In this document: in pieces, positions 42,055-50,610 of the stretch
Position numbering within the stretch: position 1 is the stretch's first letter
How the letters are laid out: the number at the start of each line of letters is the position of its first letter
Assembly (NCBI GenBank): GCA_964614015.1
Contig: CAZTKA010000001.1
Coordinates: 1,249-65,248 of the forward strand
Length of the DNA: 64,000 bases
Direction of reading: 5' to 3'
Source: an uncultured Bordetella sp.
GTDB taxonomy: Bacteria; Acidobacteriota; Terriglobia; Bryobacterales; Bryobacteraceae
The notes under the pieces: generated by a model
What the model was told of the DNA's origin: nothing
Databases searched by the model: none
Seen by the model: only the letters and a program-made list of their open reading frames with translations
Made by a program: the position numbers and the translations under genes

Positions 42055-42348
42055 ATGACCAAGGCAGAGTTGATCGAAGAGGTCTCTCGCGTCGTCGAAA
42101 TGACGCGCAAGGATTCGGAAGTGATCGTCGAGGCGATCTTGGGCAGCGTGGTGCGAGCGTTGCGCAGCGGCGACAAGATTGAAATCCGCGGGTTCGGCAG
42201 TTTTCGGACGCGCAGCCGCCAGCCCCGCGTGGGCCGCAACCCGAAAACCGGCGCGCGCGTGGACGTGCCCGCCAAGAAGATTCCCTATTTCAAACCCAGC
42301 AAGGAACTCAAGGACCTGGTGAATGCCGCCGGAGCCCCCAGCCACTAG
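42055..42348 (+). CDS. ihfB: Integration host factor beta-like DNA-binding protein (HU/IHF family)
   Basis: MTKAELIEEV...IEIRGFGSFRTRSRQPRVGRNPKTGARVDVPAKKIPYFKPSKELKD. The position directly after rpsA matches the E. coli arrangement. Confidence 0.88.
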   Translation: MTKAELIEEVSRVVEMTRKDSEVIVEAILGSVVRALRSGDKIEIRGFGSFRTRSRQPRVGRNPKTGARVDVPAKKIPYFKPSKELKDLVNAAGAPSH

Positions 42349-42370
42349 CCGGCGCGGGGGCCTGTAAGCC

Positions 42371-42862
42371 ATGGACCGTCTGTGGAGCCCCTGGAGGTAC
42401 CGCTACGTCACCACGGCGGGCGCTTCGCAGGAGTGCATCTTCTGCACCAAGGCCGCTTCCTCCGACGATCGGGGCAATTACCTAGTCTTGCGCGCGGAGC
42501 GGAATTTCCTGCTGCTCAATCTGTACCCCTATACCAACGGCCATCTGATGATTGCGCCCTACGAACACGTCGCGACCCTCAACGAAGCGAATCCGGAGAC
42601 GCTTGCCGAAATGATGGCGCTGACGCGCCGCTCCGAACAGGCGCTGCGCGAATTGTATAACCCCGGGGGCATCAACATCGGCATGAATCTCGGCGAATGC
42701 GCGGGCGCCGGCGTGGCCGGCCATATTCACATGCACGTGCTGCCGCGCTGGACCGGCGACGCGAGTTTCATCACCACCGTCGGCGAAACCCGCGTCCTGC
42801 CGGAGGATCTGGAGACCACTTACGACCGCTTGAAAAAGGCCCTCGACGCCCTCCGCTCTTGA
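42371..42862 (+). CDS. HIT-family nucleotide hydrolase/transferase (Ap4A phosphorylase-like branch)
   Basis: Histidine triad GHIHMHVLPRW. N-terminal LWSPWRYRY...CIFC. Confidence 0.88.
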   Translation: MDRLWSPWRYRYVTTAGASQECIFCTKAASSDDRGNYLVLRAERNFLLLNLYPYTNGHLMIAPYEHVATLNEANPETLAEMMALTRRSEQALRELYNPGGINIGMNLGECAGAGVAGHIHMHVLPRWTGDASFITTVGETRVLPEDLETTYDRLKKALDALRS

Positions 42863-42933
42863 CACGGTGGAAGGCAAGCCGTCAGACTCGAAGGTTGGCG
42901 GAATCGCAGATTCCATCCAATGGGAGATTTCAT

Positions 42934-44262
42934 TTGAAACGACTTTTTCTTGCGTTCGCCTGCCTGTGCTGCCAGGTGGCCTGGGGCCAAGACCGGCAGA
43001 GCTCCGTCGCCGACTACCTGGGCCCAGGTGTGCTTTCCCGCGGCGCGCGGGAAATCGGCAGACGCGCCGGCCAGGACGTCGATCTCCGGCTGTACGCCGG
43101 CGCATCCGCCGTTTACGACAACGGTCTCAATCCGGTGTCGGTGGACGAACGCGGCAGCCTGGTGAGAGTGGGCGGAATCTTTGGAGTGGAAGTGAACTTG
43201 GGCCTCTACGGAAAGAAGAACTTCCGGCGAGGAATGCTGGGGATCGATTATCAGAGCTTCTACCGTCACTACATCGAAAACCCTTTCTACAGCGGCACCA
43301 ACCAGCAATTGACCGTCGGCTATACCTGGCAGAAATCCCGCCGGATCGTCTTCGATTTCCGTCAATCGGCGAGCACGACGCCCTTTGCAAGTTCCCTCGC
43401 ACTGGGCCTGCCTACCGCCGGCCCCGTGGATCAGACCTCTTTGCTTTTCGACAACCGCACCGACGCTTTGCAGTCCAGCGTGGATATGACCTACATCGCC
43501 TCCCAACGGACCTCCTACACGATCGGCGGCGATTGGACCGGAATCTTCCGCAGGTCCAAGGCGCTGGTGGGCGTGCGCGGCTACTCACTGCGCGGCCACA
43601 TGCAGCACCGCACCTCCGCGCGAACCACCTTGGGGGTCTCCTACCAGCACTCGCATTACGATTTTCCAGGCCTGTTCGGCGGGTCCGATATGGACATGTT
43701 CAGCGGATTTTACTCCCGTCAGTTCGGACGGGCATGGATTCTGTCCCTTTCCGCTGGCGTCTACCATTCGCAGGTCGAAGGCGTTACGCGGGTGAACCTG
43801 GACCCGCTTTTTGCGGCGCTTCTGGGCATCCAGCAGGTGAGCGTTCCCTTTTACGCTTCCAACTATGTTCCGTATGGAGGCGTGGGCCTGACGCGCAGCT
43901 TCCGCAACGCCGTCTGGAACGTAAACTACCAGCGCTCAATCATGCCCGGCAACGGAGTCTATTTAACTTCCCGGCAAGAAAGCGCTGCCTCCACCTTCAG
44001 CTACACGGGGATCCGGCGCTGGAGCCTCTCGGCCAACGTTAGTTACAGTTCCCTGCGGACGCTCGGCCAGGGCCTGGCGCCGTATACGGTAGTCAGCGGC
44101 GGCGGTGACGTCGCGTTTAGAATCACCGATTTCCTTCAAATCGGCGGCGGTTACCTGGCCCGCCACCAGGAGGTAAACTTGACGACATTCCGGCGCAACA
44201 GCTCGCGCACGGTAGTGAGCATCTATTTCAGTCCGGGCAACGTCCCGATTTCGTTCCGTTAG
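42934..44262 (+). CDS. Putative outer-membrane beta-barrel protein of unknown function
   Basis: ORF 42697.. trimmed to TTG 42934 ((M)KRLFLAFACLCCQVAWGQ signal peptide). Alternating hydrophobic/polar beta-strand pattern rich in Y/S/T/G/R. May belong to the EPS-associated 'beta-barrel porin 2' type (unverified). Confidence 0.65.
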   Translation: MKRLFLAFACLCCQVAWGQDRQSSVADYLGPGVLSRGAREIGRRAGQDVDLRLYAGASAVYDNGLNPVSVDERGSLVRVGGIFGVEVNLGLYGKKNFRRGMLGIDYQSFYRHYIENPFYSGTNQQLTVGYTWQKSRRIVFDFRQSASTTPFASSLALGLPTAGPVDQTSLLFDNRTDALQSSVDMTYIASQRTSYTIGGDWTGIFRRSKALVGVRGYSLRGHMQHRTSARTTLGVSYQHSHYDFPGLFGGSDMDMFSGFYSRQFGRAWILSLSAGVYHSQVEGVTRVNLDPLFAALLGIQQVSVPFYASNYVPYGGVGLTRSFRNAVWNVNYQRSIMPGNGVYLTSRQESAASTFSYTGIRRWSLSANVSYSSLRTLGQGLAPYTVVSGGGDVAFRITDFLQIGGGYLARHQEVNLTTFRRNSSRTVVSIYFSPGNVPISFR

Positions 44263-44271
44263 GCAGACGGC

Positions 44272-44625
44272 ATGAGCGCGGCGCGGCTGCTCGTTGTCGA
44301 CGACGAAGAGAACCTGCTCGAGCTTCTCCGCCGCTTCCTCGAGCGGCGGGGCTTTCAGGTGGTCGCCTGCGCCAGTTCCGCCGCGGCCTGGGAGCGTTTC
44401 GCCGAAGATCCGCACGGCTTCGCGATGCTGATCGCCGATCTGACTCTGGATGGCATCAGCGGCGCCGAGCTGGTCGAGCGCGCCCGGGCCCGGAATGCAA
44501 CGCTTCCCGCCGTGATCACCAGCGGATATCCCTACGTTCCCAGGCTGGCGGGCGTGAGTTTTTTGCAAAAGCCGTTTCTGCCGCAAACGTTGGTGGACGC
44601 CGTGGAGAAAGCCCTGCGGCGCTGA
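44272..44625 (+). CDS. Stand-alone response regulator receiver domain (CheY-like)
   Basis: LLVVDDEENLLELL...MLIADLTLDGISG...ITSGYP. No output domain. Lies 9 nt after the barrel gene. Confidence 0.88.
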   Translation: MSAARLLVVDDEENLLELLRRFLERRGFQVVACASSAAAWERFAEDPHGFAMLIADLTLDGISGAELVERARARNATLPAVITSGYPYVPRLAGVSFLQKPFLPQTLVDAVEKALRR

Positions 44626-44707
44626 GGGCGGCCTGCCGGCCGGCCGGAGGAATTCCGTTGCGCCATCCCGGCTCATGCCCGGGGCCGCCCGGCGCGACAG
44701 GCGGTGG

Positions 44708-45184
44708 TTAGGCCGCAACCGACTGCAACTGCCGCGGTTCCGAGGATGGTCCAATCTGGATCTGGACCGGACGCGGTTTCATGGCTTCGGCCAGCGGAAT
44801 CTGGATGTCGAGTACACCGTCATGCAGGTGAGCCTTCAGCTGGTCCACGTCCAGGCCGTTTGGCAGATCGAAAACCCTCTCGAACTTGCCGTAGGCAAGC
44901 CGCCAATACGCGTTGCCTTCCTTGGCGAAGTTCTGTGGAGTTCTCCGCTCGCCCTGAAGTTGAAGCTGGTTGCCTTGAATCGTGATCTTGAGATCCTTCT
45001 CGGATACGCCCGGAATGATGAAGCGCAGATTCAAGGCCTCGTCCGTCCACCCTGTCTCGACTCCCGGCGAGAATGCGTAGTCGCCGTCCGGCCGGGACGG
45101 GCTGTAGGTTGTCAAGGTGTCAAACCATTGATCGAACGACCGGCGGAAATCATTCATTTCTTCCCAGATCGATTTTGTGAACAT
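44708..45184 (-). CDS. Hsp20/alpha-crystallin small heat-shock protein
   Basis: ORF 44708..45466 trimmed to ATG 45184, with AAAGGAGG 7 nt upstream. ACD motifs LNLRFIIPGVSEKDLKITIQGNQLQLQGER...FERVFDLPNGLDVDQLKAHLHDGVLDIQIP. Confidence 0.93.
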   Translation of the reverse strand: MFTKSIWEEMNDFRRSFDQWFDTLTTYSPSRPDGDYAFSPGVETGWTDEALNLRFIIPGVSEKDLKITIQGNQLQLQGERRTPQNFAKEGNAYWRLAYGKFERVFDLPNGLDVDQLKAHLHDGVLDIQIPLAEAMKPRPVQIQIGPSSEPRQLQSVAA

Positions 45185-45215
45185 AGTTGAACCTCCTTTT
45201 GTTTCATATATTCTT

Positions 45216-45247
45216 GATCCGGTTCGCGGACCGGCCCGCTCCGGATC
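45216..45247 (-). promoter_or_regulatory. Inverted repeat GATCCGG-N18-CCGGATC (the inner part is also self-complementary), 32-63 nt upstream of the hsp20 start
   Basis: Read from the sequence. On the mRNA-sense strand an A/T-rich GAATATAT follows. It could be an operator, a leader hairpin, or a terminator for the upstream small ORF. Confidence 0.3.
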
Positions 45248-45287
45248 AGATGTCTCCCGGCTGCGAGGCGCATCGTAGGCGGAAACG

Positions 45288-45587
45288 TCACGCGGCATTG
45301 CGCAGGTCTCCCAGCCGCCGCGGCAACATGGGCCGGCTGTCCCGGCGCCGAGCCTGTTGCTCTCGCTGGGCGGGCTGCTGCCAGATCGACAGCGCGCGAG
45401 CCTCCGGTCCATCCCAGGGAAGCAGCGCCAGCAGCACAGCCGCAATCGCACACACTCCGGTGGCAAACAAGGCCTCGAGCGGATCGATCACATGCGCCGC
45501 CAACAGCCCGGTTGTGCCTGCCAACATCAGGGTGGAAGCGGTCAGGGCCGTCCAGCAACGAAATTTTCGAAAATTCAGTTCCCTCAT
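45288..45587 (-). CDS. Small two-helix membrane protein, hypothetical
   Basis: GGAGG 8 nt upstream of the ATG. Two hydrophobic helices (TALTASTLMLAGTTGLLAAHV; ATGVCAIAAVLLALLPW) and a basic tail. Confidence 0.55.
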   Translation of the reverse strand: MRELNFRKFRCWTALTASTLMLAGTTGLLAAHVIDPLEALFATGVCAIAAVLLALLPWDGPEARALSIWQQPAQREQQARRRDSRPMLPRRLGDLRNAA

Positions 45588-45876
45588 GGTTCTGCCTCCG
45601 AACTGTTTTGTTTAAGGGAAGCGGGCGTGTGCGCATCTGAGAAGCTGCGCGCCAGAAGCCGGCGCCTTGCGACCGCAGACTCAATCCGGCTGCCCGCCGG
45701 AAGTTCCTCAATGAGGAACCTCCAGCTAATTAGACGCACCGCGCCGCGCCACGTCACCAGCGAAAATTTCCGGGATTTCAGTCGGTTCCATTACAGGCGT
45801 CAACCCGAACGGCCACCAGGTCCTGTATGGACCGCGATGGGCACGCGGCTGGGCCCCGGCATGGTTGTGAGGGTGC

Positions 45877-47550
45877 TCAACGGTACAACGTGAAGGCGAA
45901 CAGCGCATCCCCTGCCGCCACCAGCAAATATTGTTTCCCATCCAGCATGTACGTCTCCGGAGCATTCGTCACCTGCCCGATGCGCGAATGCCACAGCGGC
46001 TTCCCATTGGCCGGATCGTAGGCCACGATGTTGCCGCCCAGGTCGCCGCCGAACAGCAGCCGCCCCGCCGTGCTCAGCAGCCCCATGGCCGACCCGCCCC
46101 CAAGCCCCGGAAACCGGTGCCGCCACACCACGTTGCCCATCTTGTAATCGATCGCCGTAATGTAGCTGCCGAGCGACCCCAGGCCCACCTCTTCCTTGCC
46201 GCCCAGCCCCATCGCTCCGCGTGGATCGGTTTCTGTCAGGTAATACATCGCGTAGCTGTCGTTCTGCGGCACGTAAAACAGGCCAGTGTCCGGATTGAAA
46301 GATGGCGGGGGCCAGTTCGTCACGCCTGCGTTCGCGGGCGAAACCAGCGAGCCGCCGATGTGAAAATCTTTGGCCGGATCCCGCACCGGCTGCCCCTTGG
46401 CGTTGAAGCCGGGGAAGGCCCAGTTGGCGGTTTCGGAGTATTTGCTCGAGACCAGCCGCTCGCCCGTGACGCGATCGAGCACGAAAAAGTATCCGTTGCG
46501 GGCCGCCGTCATCACCAGCTTGCGCATGCGCCCGCCGAACTCGGCGTCCACCAGAACCGGCGTCTGCGCGCTGTCCCAGTCATGGGTATCGTGCGGCGAG
46601 TTCTGGAAATACCAGGCCATCTTGCCTGTGTCGACGTGGATCGCCACGATCGCGCAGGTGTACAAATTGTCGCCTTCGCCGCGGCTGGCTGAAGTATAGG
46701 CGGGCGTTGGATTGCCCGTGCCCACGATGTACAGCCGCGTCTCGGGATCGTACGAACCGGGCACCCACATCTGCCCGCCGCCGTGTTTCGCGGCATCGAG
46801 ATTCGCCCAGGTCTCCAGTCCCGGGTCGCCGGCCTTCTGCGGCGTCGCGTAAAACTTCCACTGCACCTCGCCCGTCTCCGGATCGAAGGATTGCAGCACG
46901 CCTGGCTCATCCAGATCGTTGCCGGTGCCCACGATCACGTGGTTGTCGATCACCACCGGCGCGGCTGTCGAAAAGTATTGTTCCTCGAAGCTCGCGATCG
47001 GCCTGTGCCAGCGCTCCTGGCCGGTCTTGGCGTCGAGCGACACCAGATAGTTGTCCGGCGTTTCGAAGAACAGCCAGTCGCCGTACATGCCCATGCCGCG
47101 GTTGCCGATGTGCGTTCCGCCCTTGGTGCGCCAGAAGTAATGCCAGAGGATGTGCCCGTCGCGCGCGTCGATGGCCCAGGCGTTATCGGGCGTCGAAACA
47201 TACAGAACGCCGTTCACTTGAAGAATCGAGCCTTTGATGGTGTTGCCGCCGCCCATCGTGATCGAGCCATCGGCCTCCCCGCCCACGATGGCGTTCCCGC
47301 CCGGACCGGCGTTTATTCGCGTGGTCCAGGCCAGCGTCAGATTCTTCACGTTGCCCTGGTGAATCTGCGTCAGCGCGCTGTAGCGCTTGCCGGAATAATC
47401 GCCTGAATACGTCGGCCAGGAATCCTTGAGCGGCAGGTGGATCTGCTGTGGAGTCAGCCCTTGTGCGAATACCACGCAAGCTGTCAACAGACCACCCGCC
47501 GTCCGCCGCAGCCATTCTGAATTCCGGCGCCTGAACCCTGAATGCTTCAT
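45877..47550 (-). CDS. PQQ-dependent dehydrogenase (quinoprotein alcohol/glucose dehydrogenase-type 8-bladed propeller)
   Basis: Signal peptide. Blocks WPTYSGDYSGKRYSAL, LYVSTPDNAWAIDARDGHILW, GDNLYTCAIVAIHVDTGKMAWYFQNSPHDTHDWD and LFGGDLGGNIVAYDPANGKPLW. Confidence 0.92.
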   Translation of the reverse strand: MKHSGFRRRNSEWLRRTAGGLLTACVVFAQGLTPQQIHLPLKDSWPTYSGDYSGKRYSALTQIHQGNVKNLTLAWTTRINAGPGGNAIVGGEADGSITMGGGNTIKGSILQVNGVLYVSTPDNAWAIDARDGHILWHYFWRTKGGTHIGNRGMGMYGDWLFFETPDNYLVSLDAKTGQERWHRPIASFEEQYFSTAAPVVIDNHVIVGTGNDLDEPGVLQSFDPETGEVQWKFYATPQKAGDPGLETWANLDAAKHGGGQMWVPGSYDPETRLYIVGTGNPTPAYTSASRGEGDNLYTCAIVAIHVDTGKMAWYFQNSPHDTHDWDSAQTPVLVDAEFGGRMRKLVMTAARNGYFFVLDRVTGERLVSSKYSETANWAFPGFNAKGQPVRDPAKDFHIGGSLVSPANAGVTNWPPPSFNPDTGLFYVPQNDSYAMYYLTETDPRGAMGLGGKEEVGLGSLGSYITAIDYKMGNVVWRHRFPGLGGGSAMGLLSTAGRLLFGGDLGGNIVAYDPANGKPLWHSRIGQVTNAPETYMLDGKQYLLVAAGDALFAFTLYR

Positions 47551-48416
47551 TGCAACGTCACCAGATACGCTGTCACGTCATGAATATTCTTGTCGCTGTA
47601 AACGCGCAGCAATTCGCGATGCGCCTGGACCGGATCGTGAATCTCGACCTTCGGCACATCGCCCTCGCGCGCGAAGGTCCGCTGTGAGCCATCGGCCAGC
47701 GCGAGCGTCACGATGAAGTCGTCGATGCGCACCAGGCGCCCGCTGAGGGCCGCTCCGCCGGGCGGCGTCACCGTGACCGTGGCCGCCGGAGGCGCGGCTC
47801 CGCCGCGCCCGCCCCCGGTTGGCATAAGCCAGCGTTGTTGCAGCGTTCGCGGATCGGGGAAGCGCGCGGCGATTCCCCGCAAATCCCCGCTGGCGGAGTG
47901 GCAGCCCGCGCAGCGGGCTGCGAAGAACGCCTGGCCCTCGCCCGCGTTTCCCACCACGATCGTCTCGGGCCGCATGCGGGAGACGTCGTAGCCGCTCACG
48001 CGGAAACTGTGCAGATACGCGGCGATGTCGGAAACCTGCTCTGGAGCGAGATCGAACTTGGGCATCAGCGTGCCCTCGACGCCTTCGCCGCGCAGAACGG
48101 GAGCAAGCCGCTCGCCTGAATCGTCGTTCAACACGATCTGTGAGCGGATCAGGTTGCCGCCCATCTCCCCGCCGCGCGCATCCTCGCCGTGGCAGAAGCC
48201 GCACTCTTTTTCAAACAGAGCCTTGCCGCGAGCGAGTACATCGGCCGGAGCCGGCGGTCTTTGGGGATAGGTATTCCCGCCGCCCCCACCCTTCGGCGCC
48301 GCTTTGGCGGCCTGTTTGGCCTGGCCCTGGTTCTGCGCGCCCGCGGGCGCGAGCGTCAAAAACGCGATCCCCGCCGTCAGAAACACAAAAATGGAAACCA
48401 GCGAATTGCATCGCAC
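47547..48416 (-). CDS. Secreted di-heme c-type cytochrome (likely electron acceptor of the downstream quinoprotein)
   Basis: GTG start and signal peptide. Two CxxCH sites (CGFCHGED, CAGCHSAS). The stop overlaps the PQQ-dehydrogenase start (ATGA). Confidence 0.88.
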   Translation of the reverse strand: MRCNSLVSIFVFLTAGIAFLTLAPAGAQNQGQAKQAAKAAPKGGGGGNTYPQRPPAPADVLARGKALFEKECGFCHGEDARGGEMGGNLIRSQIVLNDDSGERLAPVLRGEGVEGTLMPKFDLAPEQVSDIAAYLHSFRVSGYDVSRMRPETIVVGNAGEGQAFFAARCAGCHSASGDLRGIAARFPDPRTLQQRWLMPTGGGRGGAAPPAATVTVTPPGGAALSGRLVRIDDFIVTLALADGSQRTFAREGDVPKVEIHDPVQAHRELLRVYSDKNIHDVTAYLVTLQ

Positions 48417-48548
48417 CCGTTCAACGTATCATAAGGCGGGCAACGGTGCGCGGCGCCGCGGACACTGCGCGATGGGCCAATGTTTGATCTACCCGCATTT
48501 GTGCCGCGCACAGGCCGTTGATACACTTTTCTTACAGAGGTTCTCCCC

Positions 48549-49880
48549 ATGAACAGACTCAGTGTGATGAGCGCCGCCGCAATGGCGCTGGCCGCCGGCT
48601 GGGTGGTCGCTCAGACCAACAAGATCGATCCCGCCACCGTGCAGACCGGACAGAATGCTTTCTTCAACGCTGTGGATGCGGCTCCCGGCAAGGCCCGTAA
48701 GATCACCGCACAGGATCTCCCCGCGCCCGGCGCCACCAAATCGGCCACCAATTTTCCAAAGATGATTCCGCGCGGCGAGGCGATGCCCAAAGCGCCCGCT
48801 GGTTTCCTTGTCGAACTGTATGCCTCCGACCTGGTCGAGCCACGCAACATCAAGACGGCTCCCAACGGCGATCTCTTCTTCACCGAGAAACGCTCCGGCG
48901 AGCTGAAGATTGCCCGCGGCTACGCCGGCGGCAAAGCCGAATCGATTTCCGTGTTCGCCACGGGCCTCGACCGGCCCTGGGGCATCGCGTTTTATCCCCC
49001 CGCGAATCCCCAGTGGGTGTATGTGGGCAACGCCGGCTCGATGGTGCGCTTCCCGTATAAGGCCGGAGACCTGAAGGCTACGGGCGCGGCCCAGAAGATG
49101 GCCGATCTGCCGATCAAGACCGGCCCCGGCGACTTCCACGACACGCGCGAGCTGGCGGTTTCCAGGGACGGCAACAGCATCTTCGTCGCCGTGGGCTCGG
49201 GCTCCAACATCGACGATCCCGACAAGGTCCCGGCCGAGAAGAACCGCGCCGCGGTGCTCGAATACCGGCCTGATGGGACGTTCGTGGGCGTATACGCCTC
49301 GGGCATCCGCAATCCGGTGGGCATGGGCGTCCACCCGCAAACCGGCGAAGTGTGGGTCTCCGTCAATGAGCGCGACGGCCTCGGGGACAACCTGGTTCCC
49401 GACTACGTCACCAGCGTGCAAAAGGGCGGCTTTTACGGCTGGCCATATTATTATATCGGCGGCAACCTGGATGCGCGCCTGGGCGAGCCGCATCCCGAGC
49501 TCAAAAGCAAGGTTATTGTGCCCGACGTGCTGATCCAGCCCCACAGCGCGTCGCTCGGTTTCACCTGGTACACCGGCACGGCCTTCCCGGCCGAATATCG
49601 TGGCGACATGTTCGTGGCCCAGCACGGCTCGTGGAATCGCGCGAACCGCTCCGGCGCAGAAGTGATTCGCATTCCGATAGACGCCAACGGCAAGGCCAGC
49701 GGGGTGTATCAGGATTTCCTCACCGGATTCACCGACGCGCAGGGCCAGTTGTGGGGCCGTCCGGCCAGCGTAGCGATGGGCAACGACGGCGCGTTGTATG
49801 TGACCGATGACGGCTCGCGTTCGATCTGGCGTGTGAGTTACGCGGGCGGCGGCGCTGCGCCGAAGGGCAAGGGCAACTAG
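48549..49880 (+). CDS. Secreted sorbosone/glucose dehydrogenase-family (SGDH-type, PQQ-dependent) beta-propeller
   Basis: Signal peptide. RPWGIAFYP, GIRNPVGMGVHPQTGEVWVSVNERDGLGDNLVPDY, GGFYGWPYYY and AQHGSWNR. Confidence 0.9.
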   Translation: MNRLSVMSAAAMALAAGWVVAQTNKIDPATVQTGQNAFFNAVDAAPGKARKITAQDLPAPGATKSATNFPKMIPRGEAMPKAPAGFLVELYASDLVEPRNIKTAPNGDLFFTEKRSGELKIARGYAGGKAESISVFATGLDRPWGIAFYPPANPQWVYVGNAGSMVRFPYKAGDLKATGAAQKMADLPIKTGPGDFHDTRELAVSRDGNSIFVAVGSGSNIDDPDKVPAEKNRAAVLEYRPDGTFVGVYASGIRNPVGMGVHPQTGEVWVSVNERDGLGDNLVPDYVTSVQKGGFYGWPYYYIGGNLDARLGEPHPELKSKVIVPDVLIQPHSASLGFTWYTGTAFPAEYRGDMFVAQHGSWNRANRSGAEVIRIPIDANGKASGVYQDFLTGFTDAQGQLWGRPASVAMGNDGALYVTDDGSRSIWRVSYAGGGAAPKGKGN

Positions 49881-49929
49881 AAGCTGCGGGACGGGTCCTC
49901 CGCGGGCGGCATTCGCTGGAGCTGCCCGC

Positions 49930-50610
49930 TCACTCCACGTGCGGAAGTAGCGCCACGCTCGTTCCCGCCGGCACGCCGCGAATGACCGTGCGCGCGGGAA
50001 GCTCGAGATCCTTCCGCAGAATGAACGGGTGCGCGAAGGCGGGCCGGTAATCCTGGAGCCAGAGCAGCGGCAGCAGCCGCCCATCAGGCAGCTCCGCGAC
50101 CATTTGAAACGAAGCCTTGTCGATGACCTTGCGCGGCACGATCGCGCCCAGCGTGAAAGCTCGCGTGAGCTGCGTGTCGCCGGAGATCACCATCTCGCCC
50201 GGCGCCGAATCGGGCGGCGCGGGCGCGTCCAACTTCGGAGGCTCCGGCAGATCCATCGGCTCGCCCTCGGGCACGCCCCCCTCGGTCCAGCTAACGATGA
50301 GTTCTATCTCTTCCGGCGTCAGCGCCTGATCGTTGCGGAACTCGCCAAAGCCCTTCACGGCGCCCCACGGCGGCATGCTGCGGCGCAGAATTTCCTCTTT
50401 GATCGCGACCGCCCACGGGCGCGCTTCCTTGTAACTCATAAGCGAGAAGGCGCTGCCGCCCTCGCGATGGCAGGATGCGCAGCGGGCATAGACGATGCGC
50501 GAAATCTCGCGCGACCAGGTGACGGGAGTGGTGATGATGTCATGCGCGTCGGCGGCTCCAGCCGCCAGCACCGCCGCAGCGAACGCCAGGCGCAGCATCA
50601 TGCCCCTCAT
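49930..50610 (-). CDS. Secreted c-type heme protein (CxxCH) with beta-rich C-terminal half, function unknown
   Basis: Start is ATG 50610 (1-nt overlap with the upstream stop, TAATG), or ATG 50601/50598. Signal peptide MMLRLAFAAAVLAAGAADA. Heme site YARCASCHREGG...RSMPPWGAVKGFGEF. Confidence 0.75.
   Translation of the reverse strand: MRGMMLRLAFAAAVLAAGAADAHDIITTPVTWSREISRIVYARCASCHREGGSAFSLMSYKEARPWAVAIKEEILRRSMPPWGAVKGFGEFRNDQALTPEEIELIVSWTEGGVPEGEPMDLPEPPKLDAPAPPDSAPGEMVISGDTQLTRAFTLGAIVPRKVIDKASFQMVAELPDGRLLPLLWLQDYRPAFAHPFILRKDLELPARTVIRGVPAGTSVALLPHVE

Noticed and set aside
40551-42275. 574-aa ORF on the minus strand
   Set aside because: It is antisense to rpsA and ihfB, both of which are unambiguous.
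45185-45290. ROSE/fourU-type RNA thermometer or CIRCE/HAIR operator in front of hsp20
   Set aside because: The SD (AAAGGAGG) is not visibly paired by an upstream U-rich or CCUC anti-SD stretch in a convincing hairpin. No TTAGCACTC-N9-GAGTGCTAA or CTTGAGT-N7-ACTCAAG sequence is present. Only the generic inverted repeat is reported.
44708-45466. Long N-terminal extensions in the ORF track (this one; also 1429..2619, 8487..9098, 14778.., 15566.., 23894.., 42697.., 50610..52166, 55527..56987, 57957..)
   Set aside because: The extensions are Arg/Pro-rich and lack an RBS. Internal starts give family-typical N-termini or signal peptides, usually with a GGAGG-type RBS, so I trimmed the calls.
45877-47550. 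Lanthanide-dependent (XoxF-type) methanol/alcohol dehydrogenase
   Set aside because: The likely active-site stretch reads HDWDSA, with Ala rather than Asp two residues after the catalytic Asp. This matches Ca-type enzymes. The call rests on by-eye alignment only.
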